Source: Phyllobates terribilis (Eukaryota). Taken from it: 64,000 nucleotides of DNA. The position numbers and the translations under genes are program-made. Shown piece after piece: positions 46,783 through 57,400 of this stretch; positions within the stretch are counted from its first letter, which is position 1; each line of letters begins with the position of its first letter. Where the stretch lies: contig NW_027362896.1 in the NCBI RefSeq assembly GCF_046119375.1, positions 248,001 through 312,000 of the forward strand, in the 5' to 3' direction. The notes under the pieces were generated by a model. The model ran no database searches, had not been told where the DNA came from, and saw nothing but the letters and a program-made list of their open reading frames with translations.

Positions 46783-49363
46783 CTAAGAGGATCCTCCGGA
46801 TCCCCTAGGACCAGGCTTATCAGGAAATTTCCTGTGAAACGCTCTGATAAGTCTGGACGCGGAAACATCATCCGACCTCACCCAAGAGTTATCCTCGGGA
46901 CCGAAACCTTTCCAGGCCACAAGATACTGCAAACTACCTCTATACCGTCTAGAGTTAAGGATGCGAGAAATTTCATATTCTCCGTCCTCCACCACCGGAG
47001 GAACAGAGGCAGAGGCGTCACAATCCGATACAACAGCTTTTTTCAACAGAGAGACATGAAATACCGGATTAATTCTCCAGGAGGTAGGAACCTCCAACCT
47101 AACAGCAGATTGGTTGACAACCTGAAGCACCTTAAAGGGCCCTACAAACTTGGGACCCAATTTCTTTGAAGGAATCCTCAACCGCAGATTCCTAGAGGAC
47201 AACCAAACCATGTCACCAACAGCGAACAAAACCTCCTGTCGTTTCCTATCAAAGTAGTCTTTAGATTTTCTGTTGGCCTCCTGAAGATTACCACGCACAT
47301 CCGTCCAAACTCTCTCCAAATCACCGGAAAAATTCTCCTCCTCAGGCACGGCAGATCCCAACTTGGAGAACGACCCAAACGACGGATGTCTCCCAGAACA
47401 ACAAAAAAAAGGCGAACAACCAGCAGAAGAAGATGTATGATTGTTCAGAGCAAATTCAGCAAGTGGCAGAAACTCAGACCACCCCTCATGATTGTCTGCC
47501 ACAAAACAACGCAAGAACTGCTCAACATCCTGGTTTTTCCTTTCTGTCTGGCCATTAGATTTAGGATGATATCCGGACGAGAACGACAAATGAACTCCCA
47601 ACCTATCACAAAAGGCACGCCAAAAACGAGCCACGAACTGAGGACCCCTATCAGAAACAATGTCAGTAGGAACGCCATGAAGTCTGACAATTTCCTTGAC
47701 AAAGGCCTTAGCGAGAGTTTTAGCGCAGGGCAGTTTGACGAAAGGAACCAAGTGACACATCTTGCTAAAACGGTCCACGACCACCCAGATGACAGTAAAA
47801 CCCTCAGAGGGGGGAAGGTCAGTTATAAAGTCCATAGGCAAATGTGTCCAAGGAGCACTGGGAACCTCCAAAGGACAAAGCAACCCCGCAGCAGGAGTAT
47901 GTGAGGACTTAGATCTAGCACATATAGTACATTGACGCACCCACTTAATGACTTCCTTCTGCCATCCAGGCCACCAAAAACTGCGACCCACCAGTCTCTT
48001 GGTCTCAGAGATTCCGGGATGACCTGCCAACCGAGATTCGTGACACTCAACAAACAAATCTCTCCTAAAGGTCCCAGGCACAAACAACCTCCCATGAGGA
48101 GTGTTAGAAGGGGCATTCTCCTGTGCTTTAAGAATCTCATTTTCCAAAACGGAGTCCAAAGCAGCTATCACAACACCTTCTTGTAAAATGTTCTCCTCTT
48201 TCTCAGCACCGACTATGGGAGAAAAACTGCGAGACAAGGCATCCGCCTTAACATTCTTAGTACCAGGGATGTAAGTAACGGAGAAATTAAACCGCGAGAA
48301 AAACAGTGCCCACCTAGCCTGACGGGCATTCAGGCGCTTGGCAGCATCAAGATATATCAGATTTTTATGATCCGTAAGAACCTGAACGGGAAATTCCGCA
48401 CCTTCCAAGAAGTGGCGCCAGTGTTCAAATGCGAGTTTAATAGCCAATAATTCCCGATTACCAATATCGTAATTCAGTTCAGTCTCCGAAAATTTTTTTG
48501 AAAAAAAGGCACAGGGATGTAATCCATCCCCGTTATCCTGAGACAATACTGTGCCAACCCCCACAGAGGAAGCATCAACCTCAACCAAAAACGGCCTAGT
48601 AACATCAGGCTGCATAAGGATGGGAGCAGAGGTGAACCTCTCCTTGAGATACACAAAAGCTTCAATGGCCTCAGAAGACCACTGAACCGCATCAGCACCT
48701 TTCCTGGTGAGATCAGTCAGAGGTTTGACAATACTAGAAAAATTTTTTATGAATTTTCTGTAGTAATTGGCAAAACCCAAAAACCTCTGTATCGATTTCA
48801 AACCAATAGGCCTAGGCCATTCCTGCACAGCCTGAACCTTAACCGGATCCATCTCAAAACCTTTGCTGGAGATAATGTAGCCCAAAAAACTAATTCTCTG
48901 TACAGCGAACTCACATTTCTCCAGCTTAGCAAAAAGCGAATTGTCCATTAATAACTGTAATACCTCACGCACGCTCCGCCAATGAGACTCCAGATCCGGC
49001 GAATAAATCAAAATGTCATCCAAATACACAACCACATTTTTGCCGATCAAAGGTCTAAGGATGTCATTAATCAGATTCTGAAAAAATGCAGGAGCATTAG
49101 TGAGACCAAAAGGCATAACCAGATTCTCAAAATGACCCACAGGAGTGTTAAAAGCAGTCTTCCATTCGTCACCCTCCTTCATGCGCAACAGATTGTATGC
49201 CCCCTTAAGGTCAATTTTAGAGAACCACTTGGCCCCCATTAACTGGTTAAACAGATCAGGAATCAATGGCAGTGGGTAAGGATTGCGTACAGTAATTTTG
49301 TTAATCTCACGAAAATCCAGACAAGGACGTAAACCGCCGTCCTTTTTTTTTACAAAAAAAAAA
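46783..49363 (-). CDS. pol: Chromovirus pol: RT (YLDD), RNase H, integrase (HHCC, DDE, GPF), chromodomain
   Basis: ORF 46783-49671 is genuine pol only downstream of the T10 run at 49354-49363. It ends with EYEISRILNSRRYRGSLQYLVAWKGFGPEDNSW. Confidence 0.92.
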
Positions 49364-50851
49364 TCCAACCGCCACAGGAGACTTAGAGGGCCTAATGTGA
49401 CCGGCGGCCAAACTTGTCTGTATGTATTCCTCCAAAGCCTTCCTCTCAGGAATAGTAAGGTTAAATAAACGACTTTTAGGAAGAGTCGCTCCAGGGACAA
49501 ATTCAATAGAACAATCATAGTCTCTATGGGGAGGCAAAACCTGCGATTCCTTCTCAGAAAAAACTCTCCAAAAATCCTGAATAGGAACAGGCAATTCTCC
49601 CCTATCCAAAGCTGCAATACGCCCGTTACAACACTTGTCATAACATTTATGGCTCCAGGATTTAATTTCACTGGTAGACCAATCCAGTACAGGATTGTGA
49701 AATTTTAACCAGGGCAATCCCAATATTACTGGAGAAGGCAAGTTATTCAACACTACCAAATCCAATTTCTCATGGTGAACACCATTAATAGTGAGAGGAA
49801 ATTCACAGACCTTGAGAGTAATATTCTTCAAAGGGGAACCATCCACAGAAACCACAGCAATGGGGGATGATAAAGGTTCAGGTTTTAAATTGAGTCTTTC
49901 CACGAATCCCCCATCAATTACATTCAGAGTAGACCCACAATCAACAAACACCCAAAATTCCATTAATTTTTTCTGAGCAATCGTGGAAGCAGCTAAAAAT
50001 ATACCCTTGGAATTTAAACAGGCAATACGGGCGTGACTGACCATTTTTTTTTCTTTCTTCATACGAAGCTCACAGCCTTTAATCAAATGACCAGATTTTC
50101 CGCAATAGAAACACAAGCCTTCAGAAAATCGACGGTCTTTTTCTTGAGAGCGAGGTGCCACCGATCCAATCTCCATCGGTTCACCACTATTAGTACACAC
50201 ATTCTCATAACCAGAAACTGACATAGCAGAGGATTTGCTCTCATTAACCCTTGCACGCAGTCTTCTATCCACCCGTATAGCTAATTGCATAGCCTGTTGC
50301 AAATCTTCAGGTGTAGGATAAGCAATTAGCAGGTCTTTAACCCTTTCACTGAGCCCAGCAAGAAATAGACTTTTCAGAGCAGAATCGTTCCACCCTGTTT
50401 GAGTAGACCAACGACGGAAATGAGTACAATATTTTTCCACATTACCTGATCCCTGTTTTAAACGTCTCAACTCAGTCTCAGCTGATGCGACACGGTCAGG
50501 ATCATCATATAATAGTCCCAAAGCAGAAAAAAAACTATCCACTGATCTGAAGCATGTATCACTAGGTTGCAAAGAAAAGGCCCACTCCTGAGGCTCTTTG
50601 CGCAAAAGTGACATTATGAACCCTACGCGCTGGGATTCATCCCCAGAGGACTTAGGTCTCAAACGAAAATACAATAAGCAAGCATTTTTAAATGAAAAAA
50701 ATTCTCGGTGTTCACCAAAAAATAAATCCGGCAAACATACCTTAGGCTCCAAGAAATGTGCTCCAGGACAGTTACTCACGTGCTGACGGAGCTCGGCCAC
50801 CTCCAGAGAGAGTCCCTGCAGGCGATGAACCAAATCCTGAACTGACACCAT
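49354..50851 (-). CDS. gag: Chromovirus gag-protease-RT N-terminus
   Basis: MVSVQDLV.., capsid, CFYCGKSGHLIKGC knuckle, protease FVDCGST, and RT start LPPHRDYDCSI..IRPSKSP. Confidence 0.92.
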
Positions 50852-52599
50852 GATGGAACAGAAAAATCTTTCCTTAGAGAATTTGCTGGCTGGACTTACT
50901 GTTATGTTCTGCTACCAGAGCTAAGGAAAGAGAGGAGATCTGTCCCTACGATAGAACTCAGCTTAATCCCTACGATGTAACAGGGGACCTAATCCTGCGA
51001 TCAGACCTGCTAAAGTCCTAAGCTAGTCTGTACGGAGACCTATAGATGTGGGGAAGGAATCCCTACAAGTACTAAGGACTGGGAGGAATATGGGACACCT
51101 CCTAACAGAAATAGTAGCAGACAGACGAACAAACAAAATATATAGAACATAGAGGTCAGTAGACCAAGCAAACTAACAGAGCAAGACACAGAGCACAGGC
51201 TAGCTAGAAAGTAGATATACAATGAAGTCCAGCAAAGCCAGAAGGGCGGAGCAGGATTAAATAGGCTAACAAGGTCATGTGACCAGCAAAGGAAAAAAAA
51301 CCTAAGAGCAAGGTTCTAACACTAATCTCTCCTTCAAACCTCATATCCAAGCCCTTTCCACTTCATGCCGACTCCAATTCAAAAATATTTCCCGGATCCG
51401 CACATTCCTCAACCATGAATCTGCAAAAACACTAGTGCGTGCCCTCATCATCTCTCTCCTCGACTACTGCAACCTCCTGCTCAGTGGTCTCTCTTCTAAC
51501 ACTCTCGCACCCCTGCAATCCATCCTAAACTCTGCTGCCCGACTAATGCACCTGTCCCCCCGCTGTCTCTTCCCGCTGCCAATCCCTGCACTGGCTCCCC
51601 ATTGCCCAGAGACTCAAGTTCAGGACCCTAACCTTGGCATACAAAACCATCCATAGCCTGTCTCCTCCATATAACTATGACCTAGTCTCCCGGTACCTAC
51701 TTGCATGCAACCTCCGATCCTCGCAGGACCACCTTCTCTACTCTGCTCCTTTCTCCTCTTCCCACAATTGCATACAAGATTTCTCCCATGCATCCCCCCT
51801 ACTCTGGAACTCTCTACTCCAACACGTCAGACTCTCGCCTACCGTGGAAACCCTCAAAAGGAACCTGAAGACCGACCTCTTCCGACAAGCCTACAACCTG
51901 CAGTAACCCTCACTGCATGACCAGCTGTACCCTCACCTACGGCATCCTCACCCCCACTTCTACATTGTGAGCCCTCACGGGCAGGGTCCTCTCGCCTCCT
52001 GTGCCAGTCGGTGACTTATTTTTGTTTAAACTATTGTACTTGTTGTCTGCTATGTATACCCCTTTTTCACATGTAAAGCGCCATGGAATTAATGGCGCTA
52101 TATTAATTAATAATAATAACCAGGAAGACTAAAACTGTACCAAGTGTACGTATGTGGCAAGATAGGGAGCCAGTTGAAACTCCGTGTTTTCTGGACACGC
52201 CAGAAGCAGATGTTGAAAGAGTCATAATAGCAAAGATGCCGTTGAAGGCTCAAAAATAGCAGTGCGGGAGTTGTTGCAGCCGAACAGGGACCTGTTCTTA
52301 GAATTGCTATTTTGTACAAAGGTCATAGAACATGAGGTTCTGATTTAATCCCATGTGCGGGTGAACTTGAAGCCCTATCTAATTCCTGAGTCCTGGCAAG
52401 AGCTATTCTCCAAGGAATCTCTGAGTCATTGAGGAATCAGAGAGGGTGGTCTAGCCCTATTGTCCTGGTTCCAAAACCTGATGGCGAATGGAGGTTCTGT
52501 AACGATTATAGGAAGCTGAATGAAGTCCAAGTTCAACGCATATCAGATGCCGTGTGTCGATGATCTGATCGCGAGACGTGGGCTGGCAAGGTATATAAC

Positions 52600-53960
52600 T
52601 GTGTGACCCACTACTACTCAGGTAGCGTTAGCCCTCCCTGGGAAAGGTGTACTCGGACGGCGGGCCGGTGGTAGAGGGGGATGCAGTCGTGGCCTTGGCC
52701 CGGTCCGTGGCCAGGGCGCACACATTAAAAATATGGGGTAGTGCATGAGTGGTTATTTGTCGGCTACGCCACCTGTGGTTTCTGCTGAGGACCACCAGCG
52801 CTGCGACAGTCCTCTGAGGCCGGTGTTCTAGCAGCTTGGGATGGAATAGCTCCCCACAGGTGGAGCTAGGCCTCAGGGCAGAGTAGAAGAAGTGCAGTGC
52901 AGAGGAATGGTGGGTGCGGTGCCGCGCAGAAATGAGAGAGAAGAGGCGGTGTATGAAGTCATCCAGGTTTTACTCACGGTAGACTTGTTTTCAGCAACAA
53001 AGCTTCTCTTTGTTCCTCACGGCGCGCTGCGGCCACCAGGATGGGGTTCAGCTCACTCCGGGTAGCTCGGGTGCACCAGACAAAACCCCTGCACCAGTGT
53101 GTTCCTCTCACTTGCTGTACTAGAACCGCCTCGTGCCCCTACTAAGTCCCGTACGGGTACCGCAATGTCCGCTGAAGGTGGCTTGTAGCCCCCGGACCGC
53201 CTAGGTCCCTTATTGGTGACTGGGGTGTAAACGTGGCGTAATGCTGGGGTCCCTCTGGATAGACGCAGATTAAGGGGATACAGGTGGCGACTCCGCTCCA
53301 TCCGTATTCCCCCTGGGATCCACTTCTGCCTCCGGACTTTTCTGACAGAGACCTGGAGTACAAAGTCAGATAATCGGGGACCGGTACCCCCTCTTGCGGC
53401 AGGAGTCTCTCTGGCGGGGCCAGAATAAGGGTAGCAGGTGGCGACTCCGCTCCGTCCACATCCCCTGAGATCCTTTCGCCTGTGGAGCTCTTCTCCTCTG
53501 CTCCCCTCCTAGGCTTTCTGGTGTGAACTAAGACATAGGACACAGCCAGCTGTAACTCAACTCTGCCCCAGCCCCCAATCTCAAGGCCTGAGACCGGGAA
53601 TAGCAGCATCTTGAGGCAGCTGCAGCTTGTACTAACTGTCACCTCCAGGGAACTGCGACAAAAGACCCGGTATTAAAGATGGCATCCATATTTATATGGA
53701 TGTATTAGTGTAACCGTAAAGTGCTTCCTCCACCCTACTCACTACAAGGTTCCCCCTACTTTTGGTTCCCCCCTTACTCCTCCATTCAGGACCGGGGCAG
53801 CACATTGTGCTCTAAACCCCCTTCAGAATGGGAGTGTGTAGTGTTGGATGTGTGGTGGGGTCCTGTGTGGTGCTCCATCCTTACCTCGGAGAGGAGATAC
53901 CACACCTCGTTCCATGAAGTGCAGTACCCCTGTGGCGACTGAACTCTCAGGGGCGCCACA
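52600..53960 (-). mobile_element. Long solo LTR-like element, copy B
   Basis: 4-bp TSD TAAC (52596-52599 and 53961-53964). Confidence 0.87.
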
Positions 53961-54458
53961 TAACCACCTTGGATTTAACTAAGAAATATTGGCAAATCCC
54001 CATGTCACAAGAAGCCAAGGAGAAGACTGCCTTCTCTATGCCCGACGGATGTTTCCAATATGTCCGGATGCTGTTTGGTCTGCAGGGAGCCCTGGCCACC
54101 TTCCAGAGTGCCATGGACTGGATCCTCGCAATCCGTAAGAATTACACTGCATCATACTTTATATATCGTAATCTTCAGCCCAGATTGGAGATGTCACCTG
54201 CAAAAGGTCCAGGCGGTGTTTGATCCTCTCAGGAAGGCAGGGTTTTCTATAAATCTGAAAACATTTTGCCATGGGAAATAAAGAGGCCAAATAACTAGGA
54301 TATGTAGTAGGTAGAGGCGAGATCAAACCCCAGATCAGTAAAGTAGATGCAATCCAATACTGGCCAAGACCACTCTTAAAGAAGCAAGTTAGAGCCTTTC
54401 TGAAAATGAAAATAACGGACAGTGAGTCATGTAATGTGTGGTCTCTAAGTAAAGGTAA

Positions 54459-57400
54459 TGTGACGGGAGCTAGTTACCCCATCCGCAGATGTCCAATCTT
54501 CTTCTGCCGGCCCCTGACATGGAAAGGCTTTTCTTACACTGGGATATATAAAATATGACTATCGCACTGTGTCTCCAAGATGGACTAAAACTTTTATTCT
54601 TACAAGCAGGTTTTATAGAGAATCACACAGGCTATTTTTTAGCACCCATTGTTCTCACCAGATAATACCCACAGTAGGCTCCCAGACAGCAGTTATGCAA
54701 CAACCCATTAATCAGCACATTGTCTGTTGGCCCCTGCTAAGTGAGCACAGGAAGGTGGGGGTCAGGAGTGCTTCGGTCACATCACAGCATGTCCAACAAT
54801 ATGCGATCCACAATATTCACCCCACTTTGTAACATTATGTCCCATTAGCTGCATAGGCGCTACGACAACCCCCATGTGGCAAAATCTTGGAGTACGGGGT
54901 TGATCCGTCACAATCCTCCCCCTTCTCGGACATGATCGGCCTACCCAGTCTGCTCCCCGACGGATCAGCTGGAGGAGGTCCACGATTTATGAGGTTGGTA
55001 GCAGGTCAGTTTGTCGGCTTAGTCCATCGGCGTTACCATTTTGCTTGCCGGGTCTATAGTGGATGGTGAAGTCTAACGGTTGTAGCGCCAAACTCCACCG
55101 TAGTAGTCTGGCATTGTCCCCGGAGACCCGATTAAGCCATACCAGGGGGTTATGATCCGTTATGAGGGAATACTATCTTCCATACAAATATATTTACAAA
55201 TACTACTGCCAGGCATTCCTTTTCGATGGCCACATAGCTGACTTCTCGAGGCAGTAATTTCCGACTCAGATAAGCTATTGGGTGTTCTTGGCCGTCCGGC
55301 CCAACTTGGCTCAGTACTGCCCCTAACCCAAACATAGATGCGTCCGTGTGAACAAGGAAACGTTTAGTTGGATCGGGTGCGGCCAATATCGGGGTATTTG
55401 TGAGAGCGTCCTTTAGCTGGCGGAAGGCTTCCTCACACTCGGGGGTCCAAGTTAACTGGCGGGGGAGGTTCTTACGTGTCAGATCAGTGAGGGGCTTGGC
55501 AATGCTGCTGTAATTAGGGACAAATTTCCTATAATACCCCGCTGTCCCTAGAAAGGCCATGACTTGGGTTTTAGCACGTGGGGTGGGCCACTTGGCTATG
55601 GCCTCAATCTTGGCGGGTTCCGGTCGTTGTTTTCCACCCCCCACCCAATGTCCTAAATACTGCACCTCTGCTTTGCCTACGTGACACTTGTTGGGATTCA
55701 GGGTGAGTTCGGCTTTGTGGATCCTATCCAATACTGTCTCTAGATGATTTAGATGCTCATCCCATGTCGCGCTGTAGACGGCGATGTCATCCAGGTAGGC
55801 ACAAGCATAGTCCTGGAGACCATCCAGAAGCCGGTCAGCCAGCCTCTGGAAGGTCGCGGGGGCATTCTTCATCCCAAATGGCATAACCCAAAACTGGAAT
55901 AAGCCAAACGGGGTGACAAATGCAGACTTGGGAATAGCATCAGGACTTAGGGGAATCTGCCAATAGCCTTTGCATAGATCGATGGTGGTCAAATACTTTG
56001 CCCCAGCCAGCCGGTCTAACAACTCGTCCACACGCGGCATGGGATACGCATCTGTCACAGTTTTCTCATTTAGCTTGCGATAGTCTACCCAAAACCGGGT
56101 AGTCCCATCTTTCTTAGGCACTAACACTACAGGGGACACCCAGGGACTATCTGACTCCTCAATGACCCCTAAACGCAACATCTCCTGTATCTCTTGTCGC
56201 ATCCCTTCTCGTACAGACTCCGGGACGCGGAAGGGGGGTTGTCTCAGGGGGGTCTGATCTTGTGTCTCAACCTTGTGTTGTGCAAGTCGGGTGAACCCCG
56301 GTCTCTCTGAGAACATCCTCTGACGCTGCCTCAGCAATGTCTCGGCCTGCTCTCTCTCCCGGGTCCCTAGGTTTTCTCCTAAGTGTACCTGGTCCCAGGT
56401 TTTCGACTGAGTCCTCTCACCTAAGACATCAGGTAAGGGGAGTTCGGCTAAATCCTCTGCTTCGGGTGCGCAGATGGAAGCTACCTCTTCAGGGCGCTCC
56501 CGGTAGGGCTTCAGCATATTCACGTGGAACATGCGGATAACCCTGGGGTCGTCACAATCGGCGACATTGAAGGTGGTGTCGGCTATTTTCCCCACTACCC
56601 GGTAAGGCCCCTGCCATGCGGCCTGGAATTTGTTCTGCCTAACCGGTTCTAGTACCAGGACCTTCTGTCCTATCTCGAAGGTGCGTTCTCTAGTCCTCTG
56701 ATCGTACCATACGCGCTGGAGCCGTTGGGCCGCCTGCATGTTCACGCACACAGCCTGAGTCAACTCCTGCAGGCGGTCCCGGAGTTCCAGCACGAAGGGC
56801 ACGATAGGGGTTCCTGCTATGGTTTCCTCCCCTTCCCAGAGTTCTCGTACTAAGTCTAGGGGCCCCCTCACCCGCCTCCCATATAACAGTTCAAATGGGG
56901 AGAACCCCGTAGATTCTTGGGGCACCTCCCGATAGGCGAACAGGAGGTGCGGCAAGAATTTCTCCCAGTCCCTGTAGGTCCGGGTGAACGTCCCAATGAG
57001 TTGTTTTAACATTCCGTTAAAGCGCTCACACAACCCATTGGTTTGCGGGTGGTATGGGGCGCTTCTAATGGACTTTACACCACACAGTCTCCACAGTTGG
57101 CTGGTCACCTCTGCCGTAAATTGGGTGCCCTGGTCCGAGATAATCTCCCGGGGAAATCTAACCCGTGAGAAAACCTGGAGCAGAGCAGCCCCCACCGTCT
57201 CTGCCAGTATGTTAGGTAAGGCAACCGCCTCTGGATACCGCGTGGTGTAATCTATCACTGTCAATATATACCTTTTCCCTGATGGACTGGGTTTGGCTAA
57301 CGGCCCTATCAGATCGACCGCTACTCGGCTAAATGGCTCCTCCACAATGGGAAGGGGGTGTAATTTGGCCTTGCAGCGATCTCCCCTCTTGCCAATGCGC

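Larger units (their letters stand above)
46349..51321 (-). mobile_element. Full-length young chromovirus (Tf1/sushi-like Ty3/Gypsy LTR retrotransposon), 4973 bp
   Basis: 422-bp LTRs at 46349-46770 and 50900-51321 with a single mismatch seen, 5-bp TSD CTAAT, PPT AGAAGGGGGGGTAC, and an empty site in copy A (about 20390). Confidence 0.97.
46110..52119 (+). mobile_element. L2 LINE fragment, copy B, split by the chromovirus
   Basis: 46110-46348 plus 51322-52119 matches 20158-21198. Confidence 0.9.
43620..54404 (+). mobile_element. Decayed Gmr1-like element A, copy B (with nested L2, chromovirus and solo LTR)
   Basis: Collinear with 17616-23480. Confidence 0.85.

Noticed and set aside
49340-49365. 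Programmed ribosomal frameshift between gag and pol
   Set aside because: The shift falls inside the conserved RT motif FFVKKKDG after an in-frame protease, and needs +1. One extra T in a homopolymer explains it.
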